A stretch of DNA of 64,000 nucleotides, from assembly GCF_004010195.1 (NCBI RefSeq), contig NC_057752.1, forward strand, positions 8,142,317 to 8,206,316. Reading direction: 5' to 3'. The stretch is from Chiloscyllium plagiosum. Its lineage: Eukaryota. Shown piece by piece: positions 1 to 11,903 of this stretch. The position numbers and the translations under genes were made by a program. Position 1 is the stretch's first letter. Each line of letters begins with the position of its first letter. The notes below the pieces were generated by a model that was given only the letters and a program-made list of their open reading frames with translations, was not told where the DNA came from and made no database searches.

Positions 1-441
1 AATTGAATTGCAACTGTATGAGTAACATTGAATATACTGAATAGAGTGGCAGGAAAATAAATACTGGTTTAGTGACAAAAACAGGACCTGTTCAGGTAAT
101 ATTCATCTCTCGCATATCCAAACACCATTACCATTTGGCATTATTTCACTTTTGGAGGATTCTTTTAAATTTAGAAAAATAGCTGTCAACTTTCCTATTT
201 TATTGATTGAGTTTGTTTTCATCAATAAGAGATATATATAAGAGAACTAAAATTTACATTTTAGACACTCACTAAGCACATCCAATCAGAAACAAGACTA
301 GTAAAGCTCCTCTACTTCAGAAAATCTTGAGAGCTTCCTTGACTGTACTTGCATAGTGTTTTCACTTTACATATAGTGATCTCACTAATTATTTTATGCT
401 GAATTGGAAGCAAATTATCACATGAACCTATTCCTACCAGA

Positions 442-515
442 GATGGGTATCAACCTACAGATATTCACTTCAAGTGGATGGGCATCAATCTACAGATATT
501 CACTTCAAGTGGATG
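442..515. repeat. 35-bp tandem duplication (about 2.1 copies)
   Basis: gatgggYatcaaYctacagatattcacttcaagtg starts at 442 and again at 477, with 2 mismatches. Confidence 0.9.
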
Positions 516-869
516 CAGTAGAATAGTCATGTTCCAGGACTAGAGATGAGAACTAACATCACAACATGACAATTCAAACTCAGCTTTAGAAAATCTAGAA
601 ATTGTATCATGCAATTTTCTAACAGTTGTAAAAACCAAATTGGTTTATTAATGTCTGTACATTAGAGTCATCACTTCTGTACCATACAAACATGATTCCT
701 ATCATGTAGCCAACAGGGTAGTCACTTGCATCTCAAGGTAACATTGTGAGAGAGCAAAGGTCAGTATTAAGAGCAGTTACTCAGATTAAAGGATCCACAA
801 AGTTCACTGCTTAGATCACAATGATTAAGTATTAACTATTTGATTTATTCATAAATCTTCTCAATCAAA

Positions 870-1780
870 ATTTGCCAATTATACCAAATATGGTGGTATG
901 GCAGAGGAAAATGCATCATAAGACACTATAAAACTTACAGTTGAGCAGGAAATAAATTTTCACGTAGATGACTAAAAAGTGATACCCTTTGGTTAGAAAA
1001 GCTGAAACATCACCCACACTTTGGAAAACAAGAAATTAAACAAGGTACAGAAAACAAAAATTTCAGGATAAAAGGGGAATAATTTTTTTTTAATAACAGG
1101 CAAGGCTGGTCAGCAAATCATCAAAAAAATGCTATCAAAGCACTGGGGTTTAGTCTCATGGATATAGAATTTGCAAGTAGAATTTAACTTTGGACTTTGG
1201 TCAGAGCTGTTCTGTGAATAGTTCTGGTTCCCATGCTGTATAAAAAGTATCATGGAGAAAGTAAAAAAAAAAAATCCTTCAATCAGAACAGTAGGAAGGA
1301 GCCCAAGATATTCGTGCCCTTTTCACCAGCACCTTGCTCCAATACCTAGGCCCCATTAACATTAATATTTTAGAATAAAACCTGGTGCAATGGGAACATT
1401 ATTTAAGAATATGTAGCTGTGTGTTTTCCCCATTGGCAGAGGATGTTTAACCAAACAACTGAAGTTTATAGGCTATGCTTGAATTTTACACAATGAACAC
1501 TTGGGAGAGGTTCTGAAATGCAAGTGCCACTTGAAGAACTGGAACCCAGCAAACACTTAGAGGCAAGGAGAAAAAAAGAAAATGACTAGAAATAAGTTTT
1601 CAATTTCAAGGATGTTACTGGAGTTGAGCTGATTATAGATATCAGGAAAAAAAATAAAATTAAGAGAGAAGACCTGACAGAGTTGCTTGAAATTATAAAT
1701 GGCTAGACAAGGTAAATTGTGGAAAGAATATTTCCACTTATTGCAGAATCCAAAATTAGGGGTCACAAATTCAAACAGTT
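870..1780 (+). mobile_element. Old, highly decayed CR1-type LINE fragments
   Basis: tttgccaattataccaaatatggtgg resembles the FADDTKLGG RT motif. 1670-1775 resembles the CR1 ORF2 C-terminus (gacctgacagag...ggggtcacaaattcaaa). Confidence 0.5.
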
Positions 1781-2890
1781 CAAAAGGAACAGCATCTAAC
1801 CAAATGGACCATCCATTACTCATCAGTGTCCCTAGCATCATGGCTTCTCTCTGCCTCAAATATTTTCTACAGATAGTGAGAACAAATTTAGCAGGCATGA
1901 TCTATTTATATCTTTCTTACAAAAAAAGATTGAGTCTTAACATTTACCACTCTTCAATGGCTCTCCTGAACATAAACCTTCATATTAGCATGCACACATG
2001 GAAAAATGTCAAACAAGGTTTAAATTCCCAATGGACACAATTGGTTTTAATTTTGATTATATTCAGGGTCCTTGGAAATTCAGCAGTTTGTACTGAATTC
2101 AGTAATTTAGGTACAATAGAATGACTCTCAACACCTCACCTAGCCAAAAAAGACAGGATTCCAAATCCGGAATACTGCTCTATGACCCTGGCTGGAAGAG
2201 GATTTTTGGATGCCAGGGAAGGATAGGATCATTTATTTTGCAAGGTATCCTGTAGAACTAATGACCAAACATGGGAACATTTTTGACTAGAATTACATTT
2301 ACCTTCCATTCTAACATAACCTGCTTCTAAATAGAATTCAGATTTAAAGAAAAACACTCCTGTTTAAAACCACTGGCTAAGAGGCAACTCACCTGCTTCT
2401 GATCCATGCTTTTTCCAAGATAAGCCCTTTCTCAACGGTTCCTCATATGGTTTCCAATTTTAAAACAACCCATTTCTAGTTTTTAAAAACTATCTTCAAA
2501 TATGATTTGCATAAAATCTTAAACAAATTAATTCCCCATCCTAGGTAGGTCACAAACATACATCAGATCACTGACTGCAGTCAAAGTAGAAGACACAGGG
2601 AACTTGGAAAGTAGGTGGCAGTCTTTTCTTAAATAAATGCCATAGCCATTTCTCTCTCCTGCTGGTTAAAACAGCTCCAAAGTGATGAAGCTTTAACAGC
2701 ATGTTTCATAGTACCTGTCACCTCCAAATGGCTTAGTAATCACATTCTAATATTATTAGATTAGGTTGCGTTTAAACACGTCCTGGGGTGAAGGACAGAA
2801 TTTTAACTTTATATCCCAGAATAGGCAATGCTATTTAAGTATGCACTACAAACACAAGGAATACAAAACAATTCACAAATGAAAATTTGC

Positions 2891-2896
2891 TTTATT
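2891..2896 (-). terminator. Candidate polyadenylation signal of the ZC3H10-like transcript
   Basis: AATAAA on the minus strand is followed about 15-45 nt downstream by a GT/T-rich tract (ttgtgaattgttttgtattccttgtgtttg). Assignment to this gene is inference. Confidence 0.4.
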
Positions 2897-5870
2897 GTTA
2901 TACACTCAACAGACTTCCATAGAAATGAAGGTGAACACATTTTTGCTTTAAAAGATCTACAATTAAACGAAGTACACTTAGTTTAGGACTCTATAGGTTC
3001 TGCTGTCCTGGAGGTCTGCATCAGTGGAACGATTAACCATGGGAAAGAACAGTCTACATGTAATCGCATAGAAAAGCATTAACCATAGCAAAGAATTATG
3101 CAGCAATCAATATATACACATTATACACATACTGTACCATTAAACCTTTCCAACCCATAAAGAACCAACAATAGCAGTGATGGTTTCCCATTTTATTGGC
3201 ATACCTAGATGGCAATTGAAGTGTTTACTAATATCAGAATAACCACTTCTCTGCAAGTTAAGTCCAATGCAGGAAACAATGTAATTTGGTAGCATAGTAA
3301 TAATAAAACATTGAATGGTGAAATTAAAAAAAACTACTTAGCAATCAGTAGTAAAAGCCAGAACTTAAACTGAAGGAACAGAATTGCAGTTCAGATCAAT
3401 GGCAGATAGAATGCATGCACTATCACAGTACTGCAACATTCTCCAGATGCACAGATCTCACGATGACCACATTAACTCAGACCTCAAATCAAAATTCCTT
3501 TGTATAAAAAGTGTCAATAATTATGACAGGGTCTGTGTAAACTGTATAAAGAATTTCACTGTGAAAATACACTAAGAAATACAATTAGTAATTATTTCTG
3601 AATTATTAAATAAATCTTGGTGCAACAGTATAGTCTGGGAGTTGTAAGCCAAGCAAAAACACTGTTGAACGTCTTTTTTTGACTGGAAAGGGTTAACAAT
3701 AACTGATGAGTAGCCATTGACCAAGAACTGCTCCTGACCACCCTCCCCAGAGTTAACTTAAGTTTGAGTGGTGCCCAACAATTTAGGTAAATGTGAGGGA
3801 TGGGAGAAGAAATATTAACGGCTTAAATATTGACCCCAAGCTTTAAGTTGAAATGAACTAAATTCACATAGTACATACAAACACCATAATGGGGGATAAA
3901 TGGATGCCAGAATCCTAAACCAATGAGGCCAGTTATGACTGTAAATAGTATCACGGTATGTTTCAGTGCAAGAATCTAAAATAAACACTACAAAGAGCAA
4001 GCGATACTCAAGCACTGTGGTTTGAGGAACTGAAAGAGGCTACAGTTAAATCCATGAAATTTGTATCGTATGCATTAATGGCAAAAACCTGCTTTAGGTC
4101 CTGCTGTGAGAAATTGATTTCAGTCATTTATGCAAATCTGATGAATAAGCTATTGTGCCCCATCTATCACAAACAGGATTCTATTGCACACCCAATTATG
4201 ACTCATCCATCCCTGTATACCAATTATAACTAAAATAATTAATATTCCTAAACTACAAGAAAGGAATTCCAAAAGTATCTGGTAGTCGCAGTATTAGCTT
4301 GATATCCATCATCACCAATACCTAGTGGTAGCGCAATGAATTGCATTTTGCAACACAAAGCTGTATTTTATCCCTTGAGCTTAAAAGATGGCATAAAAGG
4401 AAGGAGATGGAAGCAGGTGGACAAAGGGAAATCAGGAATACAGTAGCTGTAGGGGCTAGTCCATGTCCACCATTACCAGTTGGAGTGGCAGAATGAAGAC
4501 CAGCTGTTTCTTCAAAGAGAGGATGAGAATCGGAAGAAGGTCGTTTCTTTATTTGCTGCAACAGCCAGAGAAAGATCAAGATTTTCTGAGGCTAAATTTC
4601 TGGCCTCCAATAGGGCTAGCAGAGTGACAAGAAAAAAAAATTTAAAAACTTATGAACAGTAGCTGGGGAATTACTAACAGCAGGCAAAACTCTCTCTTCA
4701 CTGGACATAGTGAAAACATGGCAACTAATATCTACACTCATTCAATTGTTTTAAATTGAGTTTTAAAGTAGAAAGCAATACAAGATGATTAACAGAAAAA
4801 CTGCATGGAGGAGCCATGGATTCCCACCAATGCAAAAAAACAACCCACTACAATACAGATTTCTAATGACCAAAGTACCACCAACCCAACAATACCCATT
4901 ATGCAGAGCATTAAAAATGCCTCATTCTTGTGGTACAGTTGACTAACTAGCAAATGATTGACTTGGTTCTCACAAAGGTCAGTTACAAACAAAGTAACAA
5001 ATACATGAGGCAGCTAACTACATGTTTAAAAAGATGATTTGGGTGTATGAAGGACTGCAAGTTCCCATTCCCTAGATTTAGCTGAGAAAATAGATCAGGA
5101 CAGCAAGATCGATCAAGACTTATACAGCCCTTTAGTACCCAAAACCATTACAACTTGCAACACATACCAAAGCATCTCACCGTAACACACTGGATGATTT
5201 TACAGTACAGATGGTTCAATGAGTTGCCAATTTTGCCACTTAATTCATTTCTGCTTTTGTTACCTAGTTTTGCCAAAGATAAATCTGGCAAACACCTCAA
5301 GTCTTGCTACACGTTTTCATAAAAGCAAATGCATGAAACTGTGAGAAGACTCAAACCTGCGCATGTATGGCCATAATGAAGTCAATGGATGGAAAATTCA
5401 AATTGTGATGCTTGGAAAATTGTCCAAAGCCAACACTGGATTATACCCAGACTTTCTTTCATACTTTTTTTTTAAATTAGTGAACAGTGAAGGCAAGAAA
5501 AGAAGGTCAAATTATGCAAAATGGTTTAAATGTTCACAGCAGGAAAATGGGATATAAACATGAACCAATACCAGAATCTTCGATATTGTTCTTATTTCAC
5601 CACCACTCCCAAATGAAATGTTGGAAAGGGTATCACAGCAACCCCCGTCCATTTATAAATTCACGGTAGTGGTATGTTAAAACTGCCTTATATTGATTGA
5701 GCTTGTGGTCTTATATTGGTCAATTTGTAAATTTGCAACTGTAAAGCAGAGTCCCAGCACAACGTTCTCAGATCTGACAAACTACATAGGTTTCTTTATT
5801 AGTATACTGAAGTGACAAACAGGTATTTAAGGAGTTGAGTCACACCTCTTTCAGGTAATCAACTCCAATG

Positions 5871-6524
5871 TCACTGGGTGGTGAATCTCCCAGCTGTTGC
5901 AGTGGGCGTGGGTGTCATAGGTGTCATGGAGGTCATGGGGGTCATGGGGGTCATCATTCCCATCTTCACTTGGTTGCGGAGATTTGCATTCTGCTCCAGG
6001 AGGAGCTCATTGGTGGCCATCAGGTTTGACACCTGTTTTTGGAGATCCTCAACACGCTTTTGAAGCATGAGATTCTCTTCCTTCAGAAACCGGTAGTCAG
6101 CTGCGCCAGGATTTTGCATGCCGTAGTCGTATACTTCAAACCCCATGCCCTCCATCCTTCTCCTCTTCATGTGAGCATCGTAGCCATCGTAGAGGTCATC
6201 GTAGCGGTCATATCTGCGTGCCAAGGGAGAAAACACCTGGCTGTGCGCCATACCTTGGTTTTCATAACCATACTCGTCGCGCTTTACGTGCAGGAACTTA
6301 CATTTGGGCCCTCTTTGACAGTCACCCTTCTGATAGTCGTGGCAGATCGGAATCTCACCTTTATTAACAGGTAGATCAGAAGATAAAAGGCCAAGGGTGG
6401 ACATCTCATTAGCGTCTGGGTGGCGGAACTTGCAGCGCTTACCGCGGTTGCAGACGTTGCGCAGGAAGTCACGGCAAATATCATCTGTACTGGGGCCAGC
6501 CTCCTCGGTGCCGTTATCTGGCAT
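5871..6524 (-). CDS. zc3h10: ZC3H10-like CCCH zinc-finger protein, two fingers, 217 aa, single coding exon
   Basis: ORF has ICRDFLRNVCNRGKRCKFRHPD and ICHDYQKGDCQRGPKCKFLH (C-x7-C-x5-C-x3-H), KRRR, and the coiled coil EENLMLQKRVEDLQKQVSNLMATNELLLEQNANLRNQ, all recognisable ZC3H10 motifs. A strong acceptor (tttttttttcttttgcag) places the exon start at 6572. Confidence 0.93.
   Translation of the reverse strand: MPDNGTEEAGPSTDDICRDFLRNVCNRGKRCKFRHPDANEMSTLGLLSSDLPVNKGEIPICHDYQKGDCQRGPKCKFLHVKRDEYGYENQGMAHSQVFSPLARRYDRYDDLYDGYDAHMKRRRMEGMGFEVYDYGMQNPGAADYRFLKEENLMLQKRVEDLQKQVSNLMATNELLLEQNANLRNQVKMGMMTPMTPMTSMTPMTPTPTATAGRFTTQ
5906..5957 (-). repeat. 9-bp coding tandem repeat encoding MTPMTPMTSMTPMTPTP
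   Basis: Plus strand shows repeated (g)gNgtcat units within the CDS 3' end. Confidence 0.85.
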
Positions 6525-7229
6525 TTTTATAGATTAATTCTGCGCTGTTTAGCCAAGGCGCTACACAAGCAACTGCAAAAGAAAAAAAAAGGCAGGTCTT
6601 TACAGAGAATGAGCGATTCATTACAAATTAATTATTGCGCATTCTATAAAACATTGAATTTTGAGTAGTTGCAGTAGCAACATTACCAAGTGACTATTAG
6701 GACTGAAGAAATCTGTGCAACATGTGTTAGCACACAGAAAAAATCACAAAGGAATCAGTCAGATCCACAAATGTGATGCGCGCAAAACCAAAGCTCTACA
6801 ATTTATGGTTGCCTTCAAGTTTCATAATTTAGTGGTTAAATTAGAACGCTAATCCATGCTAGAACACATGGATTTCTGGTGCGCCAATATAAACTCTTCC
6901 TTTGGAAAGGAGTACAAGAGGCAAACACTAAAACTGCACTAAAAGATAATGTAGTAGATATCTAAGTGAATTGTGCCTATCTACATCAAATGGTAAGCCT
7001 TCACATAAGTTACCAATCTCAACATGCACAGGGGTAGTGCTCACAAACTCAGGATGTGCATTAGCCTCTCGATATTATTGGATTTTTGCTCTTAAAACTT
7101 TACAAGGCAGACTACCTTAAAAGAAAACAAAGTGGCCTTAAATATGAACTCTTAAAAGCACTTGACATAATGCAAACTAAAAGATTAATACTTTAGCAAA
7201 AAGCAGTGAAGTATCTGATCTGAAGGCAG

Positions 7230-8520
7230 TTACGTCGAGGTCACCCTCACTATTGAGCTAAGAGGCGCACTAACAGGCACAGTTGATGGTTCTTTGCCCA
7301 AGGACCACCACAAAGTTGGGGCGGGGTGGCGGCGAAAATTCTCGCCGAATAATAACGTTTCATCTGGCTCCACTGAATGGATCAGAGTGATCTCATGTAG
7401 TTCCGTCAACTTTGAACATAATATATTCAACAGCATGAAAACCAAACAAGTCACAATGCTTGTACCCAAGTTTAGTTGTCTACGGTGTGCGGCGGGGGAA
7501 TTAAATCCAACTGCGATACAAGAAAACTCTGCAGGTGTGGGTGTCGGTCAAATCGTTTGAGCTGCAGTAAATTTTACACCTCTTGCATTGTACACAATCA
7601 TTTTCAATGTAGCTTATCGGATTACAAGGCTTCTAGACCTCAACGTCCTGATACAGGAAACAACTGCATTCATACTAACTGAACCCTCAATCGTAATATT
7701 TAAACAGTTAGAATAAATCGAGAAAGTGATCACGGGTGAAAGAAACAGAAAACAGGAACACATTTACACAAACGGTTCAGCTCCTCCAAACTACGAACAG
7801 ATCCAGACAACGGCGTCAGAACTGCAATTCGAGCCACTTTAAACAATTCTAAACAAATATTTTGCGATAAACTATTTGAGTATGGGAAATTGATTCAGTA
7901 TTTAACATGTAAAAACCAAGGCGAACCTTCAAACAAATTTGTCCTCCCATCCCCCACAAGACAGTCTGATTTTATCCTGCGTGCCACGCACACGAACTAA
8001 AGCAGTTTATTCGACGGATGCTTCTGTCTTTAAAGCATCTTTAACCAATTTATCCAACAATGTGATTCGGCAGCCGCGGTCGCTCCAGATTACTGTTGAA
8101 CCAAGTGCCTCGCAAACGCGTTCGCTGGATTTCAGGCTGTAATGGCGCCTTTAGGCCTCGACTTCCTGTTACAAATTAAAATGACCCCCAGCTCACAAAC
8201 AAACACGAATCTTCTAAGTACAGCGTATGCACATATAAATCTTGGAATGATTCCAATGACCCCGAAGCTTTTAACATGTGTCAAAACTCACAAACCACGG
8301 GTAGGTTTACCTATACAGCACAGCTCCGTTCTGCTCAGTTCCTTCCCTCACAGGCTTCAACACAAAGAGGCTCAACGCAGGTCCTCCCAGTCAAGGGTAA
8401 CTTCACGACAAAGAGCATTAAACTAGGTCCTCCCAGTCAAGAGGGACTCCAAGCTAAAACAAGGCGTATCATAGGCGCCTTTGACAACAAAATTTGAAAA
8501 ACTCATTCCATGCCTCGTCG
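7230..8520. promoter_or_regulatory. CpG-enriched promoter-like / 5'UTR-exon region upstream of the ZC3H10-like exon
   Basis: Locally high CpG in an otherwise CpG-depleted window. Contains a GC box ggggcgggg (about 7318), YY1-like aatggcg (8141), ETS-like acttcctg (8161) and a possible minus-strand donor AG|GTAAA (about 8310). Confidence 0.5.
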
Positions 8521-10158
8521 AATACTAAATACCATTTATTAAATGGAAATCGCTCATTTTTATTTAAGATGTGCCATTTTCACAAACGTCATTTTAGAAA
8601 ACATAACACACTCTACATAGAAGTTTTGTAAACTACTCTGATATAGGAACAAGGGATTGGACTGTATCTACATAGAATTCTGGTGTTTCCAATGAAAATT
8701 TAGGAATCAAATGCTTACACTATATTAAACATGAAAAAAAGGGAAACACCGGATTTTATTTTATGAACATAATTTTTGGCAGTCTGATTTGAGAGGTGAT
8801 CGTACGAAATCTAGCAATCTATATCACTCTTGCAACGATCATTCTTAACAATATTGCGGCGTCTTCTATCACGACGTTTATTTCTTCTAAAAAAAATCAG
8901 TATTCGATTAACCATTGTTAATTCAGATCACACAAACTTTCTGGCCAAAGTCGGGCAACTTACTCTAAGGCCTTCCAGAGCTGGTATATAATCGAAGATA
9001 GTTCACTACCCGCCTTGCTTACGAATGAGAGGAACTCGGCCTTCAAGGAGTAGTGAAACGAACCACACATTGCCTATGGAAAAGTAAACACCTTCCTCTC
9101 AACAACACACAACAGCAAACTAGTCCTTCAACTCCACTTAAATGCACTGGGTCCCTTAGAAGCCACAAAATGTGGCCTTCATTATAGACACCAATCCTTC
9201 AACAATATTAAACCATAGACTATTATTTACATTATTATTTCACTTCATCCAATAAAAATGAAAACAAGTGAAATTTCGATGTTTCCCTTTAAATTCACAA
9301 AATTACTGTGCAATCATTTGAAGTTAACTTCTCTTTCAAGCCATTTACAAAACTAGGAAAGGAAAGAAAAGACCCACCTATTATCAATCTTATCCTTTTA
9401 AGGGTATAGGATCTTTTCCAATCATGGCACCGTTAACTCTTGTGAAATGCACAAAGTGAAGATCATTTGTGGCCAATTTCAGGAAAATCTCTACTTTGTT
9501 TCTTCCTTATAGATAGGATAGTGAAGAAGGCATTTGGTATGCTTTCTTTTATTGATCAGAGTATGGACTACAGGAATTGGGAGGGCATGTTGCGGCTGTA
9601 CAGGACATTGGTTAGGCCACTTGAAATATTGTGTGCAATTCTGGTCTCCTTCCTATCGGAAAGATGTTGTGAAACTTGAAAGGGTTCAGAAAAGATTTAC
9701 AAGGATGTTGCCAGGGTTGGAGGATCTGAGCTACAGGGAGAGGCTGAATAGGCTGAGGCTGTTTTCCCTGCAGTGTCGGAGGCTGAGGAGTGACCTTATA
9801 GAATTTATGAAGGGCATGGATAGGGTAAATAGACAGAGTCTTTTCCCTGGGGTCGGGGAGTCCAGAACTAGAGGGAATAGGTTTAGGGTGAGAGGGGAAA
9901 GATATAAAAGAGACCTAAGAGGTAACTTTTTCTCGCAGAGGGTGGTACACGTATGGAATGAGCTGCCACGTATGGAAGTGGTAGAGGCTGGTACAATTGC
10001 AACATTTAAGAAGCATTTGGATGGGTATATGAATAGGAAGTGTTTGGAGGTATATCGGCCGGGTGCTGGCAGGTGGGACTAGATTGGGTTGGGATATCTG
10101 GTCGGCATGAATGGGTTGGACCGAAGGGTGTTTCCATGCTGTACATCTCTATGACTCT
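8047..10158 (+). repeat. Segment duplicated at 41505-43380 (copy 1)
   Basis: Constant offset of 33458 from 8047 to 9533. Identical ORF translations at 8142/41600 and 8276/41734. Confidence 0.95.
9508..10158 (+). mobile_element. CR1 LINE 3' fragment flanked by 141-bp direct repeats
   Basis: ORF 9534-10082 has YCVQFWSPSYRKDVVKLERVQKRFTRM...FFSQRVVHVWNELP and a 3' tail ctatgactct. Flanks are 9367-9507 and 10159-10299. Confidence 0.92.
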
Positions 10159-10630
10159 AAAAGACCCACCGATTATCAACCTTATCCTTTAAAGGGTATA
10201 CGATCTTTTCCAATCATTGCACTGTTAACTCTTGTGAGATGCACAAAGTGAAGATTATTTGTGGCCAATTTCAAAAAAATCTCTACTTTGTTTCTTCCTC
10301 ATTTCACAATACCAGGGTTATTGAAAGAAAGATGGTTTGTTTTTGTACTACGAGTTTTAGGCGCTCTACTTTATTTTTTAAAATGTTTACATGGGCTTTT
10401 TTGGCAAGCAAAGAGTTAATTGCTTGTATGTGAAAAAATGTTTCAGTGATTTGGTTAGGCATGGATAATGCAAAAGGCAGGAAGATATTTAAAATGGTTA
10501 CTGTCTATACGTGTCCAATTCTCACTGCTACAAAAGATGTTACCAAAGGACACGTAATCAAAACTTTGTCAGTTGTGGTCCAGGATCTAACTATCGATTG
10601 TGTATCAACAGTCGATTGATTTTTTTTTAC

Positions 10631-10901
10631 ATTAGATTAGATTACTTACAGTGTGGAAACAGGCCCTTCGGCCCAACAAGTCCACAACGACCTTCCGGAG
10701 AGCAACCCACCCAGACCCATTCCCCTACATTTACCCCTTCACCTAAAGCTACGGGCAATTTAGCATGGCCAATTCACCTAACCTGCACGTTTTTGAACTG
10801 TGGGAGGAAACCGGAGCTCCCGGAGGAAACCCACGCAGACACGGGGAGAATGTGCAAACTCCACACAGACAGTTGCCTGAGGCGGGAATTGAACCGGGTC
10901 T
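10631..10901 (-). mobile_element. HE1-type (V-SINE) tRNA-derived SINE, 5' truncated
   Basis: Box B ggttcaattcc, V-domain tgtggagtttgcacattctccccgtgtctgcgtgggtttcctccgg, and (taatc)n tail. Confidence 0.88.
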
Positions 10902-11263
10902 ATAGTACAAAAAAGGAACAGAAGAAAGCAGACTAGACCAGAACTAGTGTCAACTTGCATTTACGCTGGTTGTTGAGTATTGCTTTATTACTTAGTAAAT
11001 CCTCAATTTGTTAAGCGTCTCACTTTTTTGTCTCATCAAAAAAACCAAATAAAAGGCATCATGGATAGTTTATGGTGCTATAAATTACTTCACTACTATC
11101 TCCTACTTGAACAGTACAGTGACCTGCTTTCTTGGTATGTCCAAATGGCTTTTGGAACACCATACTTTGAACTTTATCAATCAAGCTATCCAAAAGGCTA
11201 CGTACTGCCCAACCTCAGGCACTTCCACAAAAAAAATATTCACCCCTTTCTTATTCAACAGGG

Positions 11264-11342
11264 GTTAACAAGATTGAATATAAGGAAATAAGGGGTGAAT
11301 ATCTTATTCACCCCTTATTTCCTTATATTCAATCTTGTTAAC
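11264..11342. repeat. Perfect inverted repeat, 38-bp arms, 3-nt loop
   Basis: 11264-11301 is the exact reverse complement of 11305-11342; the loop is tct. Confidence 0.95.
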
Positions 11343-11663
11343 ACGGTTGATTTCTCCCCTTATGGAAAAAGTGCATTTGTGTAGCACAACATACAAAGTT
11401 CTCTTGCTGTGACATATTTAAAGTATAAACATTGTAAGAAACACAATTAAAATCTCAAATGCCTCCTTTCCCCAATACAAGCTTCCCTATTGACACTCAT
11501 TTCATCACTGCTTAATAGACCTCCTTTAAATTCCCTCCAATGACACACTGATCTCCTTTTAAAGCTATGAGCACATTCTCATTTCATAAGCAAGATGTAA
11601 AATGGTGCTCATATCAACTGTCTACTGAATTATACCTGGCTAACTCAGTGCAGACTGTTATAA

Positions 11664-11903
11664 CTGCTGAAAATGTGTTGCTGGAAAAGCGCAGCAGGTC
11701 AGGCAGCATCCAAGGAACAGGAGAATCGACATTTCGGAAAATAAGCCCTTCTTCAGGAACCTGAAGAATTCCTGAAGGATTCCCGAAGAAGGGCTTATGC
11801 CCGAAACGTCGATTCTCCTGTTCCTTGGATGCTGCCTGACCTGTTCCAGCAACACATTTTCAGCTCTGATCTCCAGCATCTGCAGTCCTCACTTTCTCCT
11901 CGT
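11664..11903. mobile_element. Palindromic Penelope-like end-derived insertion (family A) with two back-to-back hammerhead-like motifs
   Basis: Inverted arms about 11666-11759 and 11769-11864. 12-bp TSD agactgttataa at 11652-11663 and 11904-11915. Arms match the end of the GIY-YIG element at 37835-39010. Confidence 0.85.

Noticed and set aside
1557..2124. ORFs of 113 and 141 aa
   Set aside because: They overlap a decayed CR1 3' end and AT-rich sequence, with no protein-like motifs.
4322..4662. Possible extra coding exon of the ZC3H10-like gene
   Set aside because: The upstream CDS already has a stop, and no frame resembles the ZC3H10 C-terminus.
8142..8497. Duplicated 94-aa and 73-aa ORFs (also at 41600-41955)
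   Set aside because: No recognisable domain; their identity simply reflects the DNA duplication.
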